A program made the position numbers and the translations under genes. Shown here one piece after another: positions 15,792 through 26,593 of a stretch of DNA of 64,000 nucleotides. Position 1 is the first letter of the stretch. Each line of letters begins with the position of its first letter. Source of the stretch: an uncultured virus (IMG/VR IMGVR_UViG_3300031758_000013) (Duplodnaviria; Heunggongvirae; Uroviricota; Caudoviricetes); the IMG/VR virus record IMGVR_UViG_3300031758_000013. One strand, 5' to 3'. The notes under the pieces were generated by a model. That model did no database searches. It saw nothing but the letters and a program-made list of their open reading frames with translations, and was not told the origin of the DNA.

Positions 15792-15865
15792 TGGCGAAGG
15801 TGCAAGGATTCGAACCCTGACTAACGGAGTTGGAAGCCGTCGTGCTACCGTTACACTACACCAAC
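15792..15865 (-). tRNA. tRNA-Trp(CCA), with acceptor mismatches
   Basis: Loop TTCCAAC, G73-CCA; two T-T mismatches in the acceptor stem. Confidence 0.65.
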
Positions 15866-15884
15866 GAACTTTTATTTATACAGT

Positions 15885-16328
15885 TTAATGTAAATGACGA
15901 ACTGCGTGATCAGCAGCATGAGTAGCAGCGAATGAAGAAGGCTTAATCTTGGCATCAAGACCAAGAGAACCCTTCACCCAACCGAGCGCTTCCTTCACGG
16001 CAATACTCGACTTGTGCTTTGGATTCGGGTTGATGTCTAGATGGATCTCTATATGCCTGTTGCCGACTATTTCAATGATCTCAGTGGCCACTGAGACTGC
16101 CATCTGAACTTCCATAAGTAACCTTTGCTTAAGATTACCATAATCTGGCATATCAATAGACTCATGAAACAGCTTGCATCCGTGCTTCGAATCCATATGA
16201 ACAATTACAACCGTGCTATACTTAGCATACCACTGCTCATTTTTATGAAAGCGAATAGAATCGCATCCAATATAAATTGAAGACTGTTCACTAGATTCTA
16301 GAATTGCAGCCTTAGCTTGTTCAATCAT
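15885..16328 (-). CDS. RNase H-like YkuK/DUF458 family protein
   Basis: IYIGCDS, RLLMEV, IHLDINP, AATHAADH. Confidence 0.8.
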   Translation of the reverse strand: MIEQAKAAILESSEQSSIYIGCDSIRFHKNEQWYAKYSTVVIVHMDSKHGCKLFHESIDMPDYGNLKQRLLMEVQMAVSVATEIIEIVGNRHIEIHLDINPNPKHKSSIAVKEALGWVKGSLGLDAKIKPSSFAATHAADHAVRHLH

Positions 16329-16333
16329 TACTG

Positions 16334-17089
16334 TTACTCGCGTGAAAACAATCGATAGAAAAATGGATCAAATTGTTCAGGTGATGTTTTAACATATTGT
16401 TCTAAAGATCGACCATACAGATCAATACCTTCATCGATACATTTTTGTATGTGATTAGTATCTGTAAATTGTGGGGTATTCATTTCTCGATGAGAAGACG
16501 CCTGAATCTTCTCGCGAATCTTTTCTACGCTACCCCAGTGCGATAAATGCCATCCGGCTTCTGTAATGGGTGGATATGTGTTGCGCATATCTCTATACTC
16601 TTGCGGCTTCTTCTGCCGCATCTCGCGTGCTCGAGTAACAACATTGCCATACCATTGATTCAACGCTATTTGATTTAGATTATAGTAGTGTAAATCTTGA
16701 ACTAGAGTGACTGCTACAGATCGATCTAATTGATCGATAGCTTTATCAATACCACTAAAACTGGGGATTTCATCTATATCACCCATGATTACATAGTCAT
16801 TAGGATCTAGAAGTGACATTGCTCGCTGTAAATTGTTACGTTGAAAATGTTCTACACCCCAGTATTTTTGTGCTAACACGGGAGAAGCTACACACGGTAA
16901 ATAGATAATTCGATCCATGTAATATGCATATCGATCGATATTATCGATAAAATTGTATCTCTTTGGTTGACCACTAAAAGTCATATTACATTCAGAAATA
17001 ACAAAGTAATTTACTTTTTTAAACAGAAATTCTAGTCTAGATTCTAGAAGATCATATTCATTAAAAAATGTAAAACAGTCTACAATCAT
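16334..17089 (-). CDS. Glycosyltransferase family 17-like protein
   Basis: DCFTFFNEYDLL, TFSG.PK, EHFQRN, GDIDEIP, GWHLS. Confidence 0.85.
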   Translation of the reverse strand: MIVDCFTFFNEYDLLESRLEFLFKKVNYFVISECNMTFSGQPKRYNFIDNIDRYAYYMDRIIYLPCVASPVLAQKYWGVEHFQRNNLQRAMSLLDPNDYVIMGDIDEIPSFSGIDKAIDQLDRSVAVTLVQDLHYYNLNQIALNQWYGNVVTRAREMRQKKPQEYRDMRNTYPPITEAGWHLSHWGSVEKIREKIQASSHREMNTPQFTDTNHIQKCIDEGIDLYGRSLEQYVKTSPEQFDPFFYRLFSRE

Positions 17090-17261
17090 ACTATGCTTAC
17101 TTTTTTAAACTTACCACACCAACTATTAGATTTTATACGAGGATAACAATTATTTAAATCTTTAATATAAACAGGAGGATCATATCTGCAGATGCCTATA
17201 TTAATATCATTATCATAAGCATCTTTATGCAAAAAGGCATAAAAGAAACAGTCCTCACAAG

Positions 17262-17795
17262 TCATACGGATCTCTCTAAAACTGTAAAGCCATGGCAATG
17301 AATATTGTGAGATCTTACTCTCCAATGTTTATTACAGGCAAGAAATTCCATAATGGCTGGTAGAAGTTCTCCACCAAAAGGTTTATCAGTATCATGAAAA
17401 GCGAGGAACCGGCGAGCTTTATGCCCGTGTAATCTGAGCTCCTGCGATAACTGTTGATATGTATGATCAGTATCGATAAACAAAAGATCGGTTGGCTCGA
17501 TGTCAATTGCTAAGGTATCACCTTTAATATATCGATGATCTCTTCCAAGACTTCTTGATTTTTCGAAAAGAGCTTCTACTTGTGGATCGAGCTGTAGATC
17601 ATAAGCTCGTACGATACAAGCTTCTGTTAACAGTGCTCGAGTAGAAACACCAGTTCTTGTTCCCATTTCTGTCACGTGATCACACACAGAAGCAAGAGCT
17701 CTGAGCATGGGTAAATGTATATTAATATCAGATGGAGTTTCAACAGCCCATCTATAGTGAGCTTCTAACTCTTGTTCAGTAACATTCATTTTCAT
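17262..17795 (-). CDS. Class I SAM-dependent methyltransferase (Methyltransf_24-like)
   Basis: TEMGTRTGVS, DLLFIDTDHTY, AFHDT. Confidence 0.8.
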   Translation of the reverse strand: MKMNVTEQELEAHYRWAVETPSDINIHLPMLRALASVCDHVTEMGTRTGVSTRALLTEACIVRAYDLQLDPQVEALFEKSRSLGRDHRYIKGDTLAIDIEPTDLLFIDTDHTYQQLSQELRLHGHKARRFLAFHDTDKPFGGELLPAIMEFLACNKHWRVRSHNIHCHGFTVLERSV

Positions 17796-17824
17796 ACCTT
17801 ATTAAGGTGAGTGCGTGACAAAAT

Positions 17825-17899
17825 TGGTAGACGAGGAAGGACTCGAACCTTCACCCAAGCCGTTATGAGCGACCGGCTCCACCTTTGAGCTACTCGTCC
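17825..17899 (-). tRNA. tRNA-CAU (Ile2 or elongator Met)
   Basis: Loop CTCATAA, CCA; no initiator features. Confidence 0.85.
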
Positions 17900-18095
17900 G
17901 TTAGCTGTATTTACATGAGAAGTTTTGGAAGCTCAATTGCAACACTGTGCGCCATCCATCCAACAACAAACCAGGTAAAAGCCGCTGGCTTTGTTGAATT
18001 GTGTTTCTTTACGTCACTAATTCCAAAATAAGCATTTAAAACTAAAAAAAATATAAGACCAAATAGCCAAACCATATTGTCTCCATAAGTTAAAT

Positions 18096-18172
18096 TGGCG
18101 CGCCCGGCAGGACTCGAACCTGCTACCTCAAGATTAGAAGTCTCGCGCTCTATCCAGATGAGCTACGGGCGC
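18096..18172 (-). tRNA. tRNA-Arg(UCU)
   Basis: Cloverleaf, loop CTTCTAA, CCA. Confidence 0.95.
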
Positions 18173-18180
18173 ATTCTGCA

Positions 18181-20334
18181 TTATGCAATACGATTAATAC
18201 GATGTAGAAGATTAGCTACCTTGGACAATTCATCTGATGTATTAGCTGTTAACGGAGTACGTCGTAACACCTCCGTATATGCATACAAAGCGCGCTTTAA
18301 AGTTTTCATATCAGCAGTGGCAAATGCGCCGCCTTTTGCTTCTTTAATCATGTTACACACTTCCTCGATTCAATTAGCCAAGTATTTGCACTGTCCATCC
18401 AATCGAGAGCTTCCACAGGAATTAATTCTCCACGACGCTGAGCATTCAGAATTTCGCAGTAAGTAAATTCTACATCCTTAGGATTTTCCATAGTAGGAAA
18501 CGAGTATACTTCAACTTCCATAGCAACCTCCATATATATTATATATCACTTACTCGTAAAACTCTTGATCAACATTAGCAAAATTATAAAAACAGTTACA
18601 GCTGCAATTGGAATCCACAGTGGTGAAAGCACCCACCACCAAGACCATGCGATATATCCAGTGAGCTTCAGTGTAATAAAGATCAAAGTAAGAACTGGGA
18701 TCCATGGAAATGATATTGCAATACTTGATTTAGACATGAGTTCTCCGGCGATAAACAGAAAAGTGCGTAGCATCAGCCATCAAACAATCCCGATTGGCTT
18801 GACTCCGAGTGCGGCGATAAGTACGGCCAGCTTCGATACAAGGCATATCACGTCCGACTGAAGCTGCACGCGAACCACGGAAACGAATTTTAATAGGAAT
18901 TCCTTCTTCACGATAGGCCGCCAGAACACGTTGGCGAAGTGCAATGGGAACCCAATAGGCAACAGCGTATTGGCCACGAGGAGCGGGGAAGAGCGTTTGA
19001 AGAGCCTGGATTTCAGCATTCGACATAATGTTTCCTTTCATTTCGTATATTCTCAGTATAGTGCATTTTGAAAAAAATGTCAACTAAAAATCACGCAGCA
19101 AAAAGAAACTTTGCATGTTCTTCTGAAGTCTTATAGAGCTTACCACCCTTTTCGTAGATGAACGGCATCTTGTACTTCTTAGAATCGTAACGAACCAGCT
19201 TACAACCGTTCTTTTCCATGACAAGACCGAGAGACTTCACACGAGATTCGAGAATGGCATCGCTGAAAGTCTTAGCACCCTTCACCTTAGCCGAAACCTT
19301 GATCTGAACTTCAGAATCAGAGAACTTCATCGAACCAACTTCGAACTGAAGATTCGAATCAACACCGTACTTAGCGAGAACATGTTCCATTTCAGCACGG
19401 AGAGCGACAAGGTTCTTACGATCAAACTTTTCAAACTTAGTCATGATATATTTCCTTCAGTTGATATATTCATTATATACAAGATAGAATTAATGTCAAC
19501 AATTATTTTTCAACGCTAGCAATTTTTTTGCTCTTTGAACTACCCATGGATCAAATGAAATACGTATTCATTGTACGTTTTCCTTCATAAGAGTTTTGAT
19601 AGATCCATACTTCAGATTGAAGTGCCATTCGAGACGCTCATATCCATACCACTGATACGAATCAAGCTCGCCTTCAGCATCAGCGATGATTTCAACTGCG
19701 CGTTCTGCATCACAGTTGCAGAGCTCCATGGTTTCACGAACACGTGATGCGAACTTTTCAAGGTTCGCAGCCTGACGAATTTCTTCTTCAGCCTGTTGCT
19801 CATTGAGCTGGCTGATAAGAAGCTTGAAGTCTGCATCAAACTCTTCAACCGACTTAAAGGCGGCGGTGCGCGGACGGATGCCATACACGTCCTTGTACAG
19901 GTCCGAATAGACGTCGCCATCGTAGCTGTTGGTGGCTGCATTGATATCAGTAAGACTGAGCATTTTCGGTTCCTCGATTTCGGCCATACGGGCCTGAACA
20001 GCAGAAACGTTGATGAAAGGGTCGATGTAATCAATCTTGGTCATGTCAGTTTCCATTCCTTATATTTTTAGTATAGTATATTTTGAAAAAAATGTCAATA
20101 CGAAATATGCTGCTGAATGCCTTCAATACGAGGCGAAATCTTTTTGGCAGAGAACTGCATGCCATTGATCTCGAAGAAATGTCGGCCGGTGATTGGTCCA
20201 GTCTTTTCCCAGCGAAGCTTTAGAGCTTCACCTTCACGATAAGGACTAATGCCAGCGGTCCAAGACCGGCCGGTCTTGAGTTCAAAAGCTCCACCGCAAA
20301 GATTAATAATCATGTTGTTTCCTTCATTCCTCAT
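18181..20334 (-). other. Cluster of small early hypothetical genes (incl. 18348-18533, 19091-19444, 19568-20044, 20095-20334)
   Basis: Short minus-strand ORFs, several with their own TTGACA/TATACT promoter. Confidence 0.6.
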
Positions 20335-20427
20335 ATTCTTAATATATCAAAACTTTCATATAATGTACATAAAAAAATGCACTCGGAGTCAACCAAGTGC
20401 ATTTTAGTTTTCAATGAAATCAATGGC

Positions 20428-20823
20428 TTATTTTTTACGACCAATATTGTACTTGGTTACCAATTCCCATTGATCCTTTTCTTTGAACGGAAGGATCTTA
20501 ATTTGACTCAGTGGAGTCACCGGCGCTTTGATCTTTTCAGGTTCTACAATTGCAATCAAACCCCAGTCTGAAAGTAGTTGAGCGATGGTATTTCTACGCC
20601 CTTTATCTTCATCAGAAAAATTAGAAGGTTTTCCGTCTAATACAAATAATTCTTTAAAATGAACAATATAGTATTTGCCTTGCTTATGAAGAATGTGACA
20701 TGACTGGTATAGTGTACTATGTTTACGTGAAGCTACTCCAATACGTGTCAGTGTTTCACGAACCTTTAGGAAGTCATCTTCTTCGCCGAGTCTTATCTCG
20801 ACTAAACTATCAATTAAACTCAT
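20428..20823 (-). CDS. regA: Translational repressor RegA
   Basis: DFLKVRETLTRIGVA, LYQSCHILHKQGKYYIVHFKELF. Confidence 0.97.
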   Translation of the reverse strand: MSLIDSLVEIRLGEEDDFLKVRETLTRIGVASRKHSTLYQSCHILHKQGKYYIVHFKELFVLDGKPSNFSDEDKGRRNTIAQLLSDWGLIAIVEPEKIKAPVTPLSQIKILPFKEKDQWELVTKYNIGRKK

Positions 20824-21212
20824 CTCTGTATCCCACCTTTATCAAGCTTTTTCTTTATTATTTTTATCTGATCAGGTGTGAGGAGCTCGAGTGCAGTCTT
20901 GGCTTTCTGTCGGTTATAACCGAAATGTTCCATAATAGCTTCAAGATCTTCATCCTTTTCTTTCTTCGCCCACTTAGAAAACCGTTTGCTGGGTCTTACA
21001 ATATTTATCAAGAAAGAATATTGAAGCTTATAATCGATATGGTGGTTACAATTCATCATATTTGCAGCATGAATAGTGTCTGCGAAATACGAAAGAGCTT
21101 TATTAGTTAGCCATGGGCTATAAGTTTTCTCAGCGAGGTCGTCGTTTTCAGTTCCTTTCATTAAATTCTTTTTTGATGTGTTGATCGATGTAACAAAATC
21201 AAATGGGTTCAT
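20820..21212 (-). CDS. gp62: Clamp loader small subunit
   Basis: NPFDFV.SI, KRFSKWAK; synteny 45-44-62-regA. Confidence 0.93.
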   Translation of the reverse strand: MNPFDFVTSINTSKKNLMKGTENDDLAEKTYSPWLTNKALSYFADTIHAANMMNCNHHIDYKLQYSFLINIVRPSKRFSKWAKKEKDEDLEAIMEHFGYNRQKAKTALELLTPDQIKIIKKKLDKGGIQR

Positions 21213-21380
21213 CGTTCCGCTTTCCAGTCAAAGAGTTTGCTGCTGCGTCTAAGATATCAGCGCAATTTTCACAAATCTCTATAGTCATAATCTGATCAGA
21301 ATGTTGAAGTCGAACTTCATGAAAAGGAGTCGACTTCAGATATTTTTGATCACACGAAGGGCATTTCTTTTTGTTCCACA

Positions 21381-22316
21381 TTACACAAACGAACAATCAG
21401 CCATAATCTCTGTCACACACGCAACAAGATTAATTTCAGGATCGGCAGCAAACGCATTCTGATACTGGTATTTAGCAAGATGAAGAACTAACATTGGAAT
21501 AGAAGCCGGTGTAATATAGTTCTCAGCTTTATCGTAGAAGGCTCGAAAGAACTCATTAGTATCCATATCAGATTCAGCGATCCATTTACGTACACCGGTG
21601 AAGTTCTTATCCTTCATGAAATCGATCAACTTCTTTAACGAGTCATCGCTAAAGTTACGAAGGATACCGGAATCAATAACTCCAGTAGCACTGTAACGTT
21701 GAAGTTCGTTGATAACTCGGCGCCAGTCAGGAAAATGTTTCTTGATAACTTCAGCCACAGTAGCTTTATCATAAGTAACTCCTTCATTGTCTAGGATTCC
21801 ACACACACGCCGCAAAAACTGTTTGACCAGTTCTAATAGTTCAGACTTACGAATCTTGAACTTGATCACTGAACAACGAGAGTGAAGAGGTTCGATGATA
21901 CGATCAACAAAGTTACAAGTCAGAATGAAACCACAATTGGCACTAAACTCTTCCATAAAATTGCGAAGAGCTGGTTGAGTTGACTGAGCATTCAGATAGT
22001 CGGCCTCATCGAGGATAACCATTTTACGGCCGCCGGATAGAGAAACCGAACTAGCAAAACGAGAAATATCATTACGTAGAGTATCGATATTACCATTTAA
22101 CGAACCATTAATTACAATATAATCACAACCAAGTTCTTCACACATGGCTTTGGCGACAGTTGTCTTACCAACACCTGCCGTACCAGAGAGAATGAGATTT
22201 GGAATGTTCTTTTGATCAACGAACTGTTGAAATACTTTCTTCAGATCTTCTGGAAGAATAGTGTCTGCTACAGTTTTTGGACGATACTTCTCGACCCACA
22301 CGAATTCTTCAAGCAT
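21381..22316 (-). CDS. gp44: Clamp loader large subunit
   Basis: WVEKYRP, GTAGVGKTT, ILDEAD, LHSRC. Confidence 0.96.
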   Translation of the reverse strand: MLEEFVWVEKYRPKTVADTILPEDLKKVFQQFVDQKNIPNLILSGTAGVGKTTVAKAMCEELGCDYIVINGSLNGNIDTLRNDISRFASSVSLSGGRKMVILDEADYLNAQSTQPALRNFMEEFSANCGFILTCNFVDRIIEPLHSRCSVIKFKIRKSELLELVKQFLRRVCGILDNEGVTYDKATVAEVIKKHFPDWRRVINELQRYSATGVIDSGILRNFSDDSLKKLIDFMKDKNFTGVRKWIAESDMDTNEFFRAFYDKAENYITPASIPMLVLHLAKYQYQNAFAADPEINLVACVTEIMADCSFV

Positions 22317-22370
22317 AATATCTCCATCATATAAAATGTTTATAATGCGGCTAGGCCACTTTATAAACTA

Positions 22371-23030
22371 TCAACCCTGGTAAGTCGAACTCGACTCAAC
22401 AGCAATCCAGTATTCAACATTTGTGCCTGTGAAGTGACTGAGACCCTTCGCAGAGATCTGAACATTATAATTTCCAGGGATGAGCTTGATATTGTCTGCT
22501 CGGAAGACCATACGGAAGTTTGCCGAAGTGGAACCAACCTCAACACTATAAGCATCATGAGTCTTACCCTCAGCATCAATTGCCTGCAGGTAGATTGTAG
22601 TACCATCACCGGTCACAGCAATATGAGGAAGCTGAGAAACGCTCAGTGCCTTCATTACCTGATTGAGTGCTTCCTGAGTCAGAACAAATTCGATCTCAGG
22701 ATCTGGAAGAGCAATATCTCTATCGGGTGCAACCATAATGAGTGATGCATCAGACAAAGCGTACTTGAACTTATTGTTACCTTCCTTAATTTCAACCACC
22801 GAATCCTGGATATCCAACTCAGCTTCATTAAACAGAGTTAGAGTACCAAGGAATCGAGACAGATCATAAATGCCAAAGCTCTTGGGAATTTCTTGCTTGA
22901 TGGTGGACTTGGCCATCACCGACTTAGTATCCGAGATAGTTCGAATAACATTCCCAGTCTTGAACATGATGTTCTTGTTAATTGACGAGAAATTCTTGAG
23001 CACCTGTAGTGTGTTAGCATCAAACTTCAT
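22371..23030 (-). CDS. gp45: Sliding clamp
   Basis: LKNFSSIN, FGIYDL..FL, YWIAVE. Confidence 0.93.
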   Translation of the reverse strand: MKFDANTLQVLKNFSSINKNIMFKTGNVIRTISDTKSVMAKSTIKQEIPKSFGIYDLSRFLGTLTLFNEAELDIQDSVVEIKEGNNKFKYALSDASLIMVAPDRDIALPDPEIEFVLTQEALNQVMKALSVSQLPHIAVTGDGTTIYLQAIDAEGKTHDAYSVEVGSTSANFRMVFRADNIKLIPGNYNVQISAKGLSHFTGTNVEYWIAVESSSTYQG

Positions 23031-23087
23031 AATATTCTCCATAATGTTTGGTATTATCAATATACTTCAATTACTTATTAATGTCAA

Positions 23088-23945
23088 TCACTTCTTTTTG
23101 AGTTGCGAAACATCTGCAGTTGCAGCTGCTCCAATTTGAGCTAGATCAACCAACGATCCACCAAATACATACATACCCACATGCTGCAACTGCATCCATG
23201 GGCAGAACCAAACTTTCATACCAGCCTTACGTGTCCACTGGCAGAACATATAATCTTCTGAGAGATAGCGCTTACTATCCGGACAGATAGGAGTATCGAA
23301 GAACGCCATGATCTCACGAGTGCCATCAAAGTGCTCTGTACGAACATGATCTGGCTTGTACATCTGCTGAGGATAAGCTTCCTGGAATTTTTCAAACGTA
23401 TTACGACGAATCATCATGAATCCAGTACCAGCTTCTAGAACCTCTACTGGTTCTGAAAGTGGAATTTCACTTCGATCGCCAGCAGGATTAAAGACATAAT
23501 CGCCAACATACTTTTCAAGATTATTAGGATCTTCGTCTGCAAATCCCTTGTCAACAGCAAGCTTAATCTTTTCCCAGCTGATGCACTTCTTTGGATAGGG
23601 ACCGGCGATAATATCATAATCATCGTCTTCTGGATTTTCTGACTGAAGAGCAAGAAGAGCAATTACATCATTAGCATTAAAACCAATATCTGAATCGATA
23701 AACATCATGTGAGTATCACCAGAACGCATAAACTCATCTGCACAATAGTTACGAGCGCGAGTAATTAACGATTCATTAAACAGAAAATAGAATCGAATCT
23801 GAATGCCATAATGAGTACAGAGAGCTGAGAGGTCTGCGATTGATCGAGTAAACATACCCGCACACTGCCCACCATACATTGGAGCAGCTAGAAAGAGCTT
23901 GCGTTCACGAAGCTTTTCAATTGGAACATTGATTTCAATACCCAT
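23088..23945 (-). CDS. GT-A fold glycosyltransferase-like protein
   Basis: NESLITRARN, MFIDSDI (DxD), GTGFMMI, YLSEDYMFC. Confidence 0.75.
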   Translation of the reverse strand: MGIEINVPIEKLRERKLFLAAPMYGGQCAGMFTRSIADLSALCTHYGIQIRFYFLFNESLITRARNYCADEFMRSGDTHMMFIDSDIGFNANDVIALLALQSENPEDDDYDIIAGPYPKKCISWEKIKLAVDKGFADEDPNNLEKYVGDYVFNPAGDRSEIPLSEPVEVLEAGTGFMMIRRNTFEKFQEAYPQQMYKPDHVRTEHFDGTREIMAFFDTPICPDSKRYLSEDYMFCQWTRKAGMKVWFCPWMQLQHVGMYVFGGSLVDLAQIGAAATADVSQLKKK

Positions 23946-23947
23946 AC

Positions 23948-24295
23948 TTAATCCTTATTTTCAGTGTCGTGTACGTGGAGTTGCATAATTGCATAGTGGA
24001 TAACCTTGAGAAGGTCTTTGCGCCATTCGGCTGGATCGCCTTTGCGACCATATCGTTGCGTGTACTTCATCATATTCCCAATATTGAAACCAGTCCCATG
24101 ACCGGCGTCAATGATGAATTCTGTTGCTTGGAATTTATTGCGGGAATAATGCTGATTGTAAGTAGCATCAATATAAGACTGAATCTCGTCGAGGAGATTG
24201 CCTTCATTATATTTATAATCGATCGCACCGACTTCAGTTGGTTTCATAAAATAATCTTCTTCAATATTCTTTATCCATGTTTTGACTGCACTCAT
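23948..24295 (-). CDS. DUF3310-like nucleotide-modification-associated protein
   Basis: TYNQHYS, GNMMKYTQRYGRK, DLLKVIHY. Confidence 0.65.
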   Translation of the reverse strand: MSAVKTWIKNIEEDYFMKPTEVGAIDYKYNEGNLLDEIQSYIDATYNQHYSRNKFQATEFIIDAGHGTGFNIGNMMKYTQRYGRKGDPAEWRKDLLKVIHYAIMQLHVHDTENKD

Positions 24296-25506
24296 ACTAA
24301 AAACGCCTCCAATGATGCTTTCTCTTCATATGTACTGGTTTGTGAATGATTATATTGAATAATGTAATCAGTATCAAGCATTCTTCTCTCACCATTTAAA
24401 TATGCTACAACTTCAGTTGCCATGTCAGTCGCAGTCTGAACTGGAACATTTTGGCAAATCATATTCGCATTACGTGGGCTTGCATCAACTAATTCAAAGT
24501 CTTGTGGAAGTCCCATAATTGTCATTGCTTCGCGATAATTAATATACCGATCATGTACAGGATGTGCAAGCATAACAGGATAATGACCCACAAAGGCGCC
24601 GATATAATCACGGGGAACAATTGTATTCCTACGCATAATAGAACCACCAGCAGCGAGCTTAGCGTCACGGTATTCGCATTTAGTAACTTCTTTTTCATAC
24701 CCGTGAGCGCTCATCCACTTTGCTACTTCAACATAATTAGTTTTAGTTTCAATATAAGCTAATACGTCAGCATTACGAGCAGATTCTGATGGGATCTGAG
24801 AAGCAAACTGAGCATGAGTGATTCCACCCTCAAGTTCTTCTAGAATGTAGCGATAGTATGGATCATCCTGTGATGGAATCTTCTTGTTAATAGAATCTGT
24901 CTGGAAGTTAGAGTTAATGTTAGTCAGTAACTGCTCAATAGGAGTATATGGTCTACTGTAGTAATTCAACATTGGCACCTTATCATCTTTCCAGAAGAAG
25001 TAGAACGAACGTTCACGAACTTGAGGAAGACCGTGCAATAGAGACTTTGTGCGATACACCGACATAGTATATCCATTTTCTTTGCCAATTCGCTTTAGAT
25101 TGTTACGTACTGTATCACCAACCTTGCCGGCAAATCCTGGAGCATTCTCGCCCCAAAGAACTCGTGGCTTCATGTTTTCAAGTACGTACTGAGTACTTTC
25201 AGACAACCATTTGTTGTTGGGATTGTGGTCTCCATATCCATGACTAAGCATTGAAAGACCGGCACACGGACACACACTATGCACAACATCTACTGCATAG
25301 GGATGAACTCCACCCTGATCTAGAAGAATGTATGGAATATTTGAATCATACTTAGTCTTATAATGATTTAGAATATGCTTGTCGTTTGCTTGAAAAGGAG
25401 AATAGGACAAGAAATATTCTGGAGCTCTGCCATGAGCAGCATGAGCACCTAGAGTCTCGCCTCCGATAAGTGGTACAATACTAGCATGAGTAAATTCACT
25501 TTGCAT
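24292..25506 (-). CDS. DNA cytosine-C5 methyltransferase-like protein
   Basis: PCAGLS (motif IV), ENAP (VI), PQVRER (VIII), REAMTIMGLP (IX); motif I degenerate (PLIGG). Confidence 0.75.
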   Translation of the reverse strand: MQSEFTHASIVPLIGGETLGAHAAHGRAPEYFLSYSPFQANDKHILNHYKTKYDSNIPYILLDQGGVHPYAVDVVHSVCPCAGLSMLSHGYGDHNPNNKWLSESTQYVLENMKPRVLWGENAPGFAGKVGDTVRNNLKRIGKENGYTMSVYRTKSLLHGLPQVRERSFYFFWKDDKVPMLNYYSRPYTPIEQLLTNINSNFQTDSINKKIPSQDDPYYRYILEELEGGITHAQFASQIPSESARNADVLAYIETKTNYVEVAKWMSAHGYEKEVTKCEYRDAKLAAGGSIMRRNTIVPRDYIGAFVGHYPVMLAHPVHDRYINYREAMTIMGLPQDFELVDASPRNANMICQNVPVQTATDMATEVVAYLNGERRMLDTDYIIQYNHSQTSTYEEKASLEAFLV

Positions 25507-26593
25507 CTAGGATCCTTTGAATTTCATTTCGTTGTACGTTCTTATCTAAAGGATGATTGTCATAGAGACACTCGTACATGCGATGACCAAGTTGAGCCAG
25601 TTCTTCTGTGCTCATGTTTTCAATTTTTTGAATTGTATTTCCGACAAAGGCATCGCCATAGATGGCACCCTCTTTGTCTGAACAGAGTAAGATAGACTTA
25701 CAGTCAACAACCTGTTGTACCCTCGAGCGCCACCAGCCAGACCCAGCGTGGTAGTATTCGGGCATCAAACATCCCCAGTTCCTATTATATATACGGCACA
25801 TTTCTGATTCAATTACACGTTCACCCTTGTACTCACCTCGCTTAGCGCCGAAACTAAGAATTGGCCAAGAAGGATTTTGAAGCTTTAGCCACTTTTGAGT
25901 CTTACCCTGAATAAGAGATGAGAAGATCCACTGCTGCTGCTTATCATTAGCATCAACAATATCATCGCCTAGAAAAGCAGCAAGACCTGAAATCTCCTCG
26001 CCATAATTATTAAATGGTGAGCGATTTAGATTGTACGGGTTGGGATTGTAAGTGAAGACTGGGCCCTGCCATTCCAGACCAAAAAGTGCAGGATCACCAC
26101 CAGCAAAAGAGCAAACTAGAAGACGATTCTTCTTAGAGTTGATGATCTTACAAGACTCAATATAGTGTGACCGGTTATTCTTTAGAAGTTCTACTGGCTC
26201 GTCACCAGCATACAGATCGACAAGATAAGGCCGGAATGCAGCATTGCCATCTCCTTCTTCAAGATTCTTTTGATATCCACTAAAGCTTGCAAACACCTGA
26301 TTGATTTGCCAATCATCAAAAGCTAGAATACAATCTGGCCGTGCTGCTACAGCCCAAAGACCAGAATAAAGACGTTGACAAAAAGACTGAATAGAATGCA
26401 GATAAACAATCACCTCATCATAACTCGAAAGATCTTCACCCTGCTGAACAGGACGTTGTTCGACCTGCCAACCCATATCTTCCAAACAACGAATGAGTGA
26501 ATATTGTGAGTTCAGGATCTTTAGTTGCTTACGCTGAAAATAGTCTCGTTCATTCTGCTCAGCATTAAAACCAGTAATCAAAATCTTTTTCAT
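25496..26593 (-). CDS. Putative DNA glycosyltransferase (GT-B-like)
   Basis: KKILITG N-terminus, AFDDWQ, PEYYHAGSGWWR.R; adjacent to gp42 homolog. Confidence 0.55.
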   Translation of the reverse strand: MKKILITGFNAEQNERDYFQRKQLKILNSQYSLIRCLEDMGWQVEQRPVQQGEDLSSYDEVIVYLHSIQSFCQRLYSGLWAVAARPDCILAFDDWQINQVFASFSGYQKNLEEGDGNAAFRPYLVDLYAGDEPVELLKNNRSHYIESCKIINSKKNRLLVCSFAGGDPALFGLEWQGPVFTYNPNPYNLNRSPFNNYGEEISGLAAFLGDDIVDANDKQQQWIFSSLIQGKTQKWLKLQNPSWPILSFGAKRGEYKGERVIESEMCRIYNRNWGCLMPEYYHAGSGWWRSRVQQVVDCKSILLCSDKEGAIYGDAFVGNTIQKIENMSTEELAQLGHRMYECLYDNHPLDKNVQRNEIQRILDAK

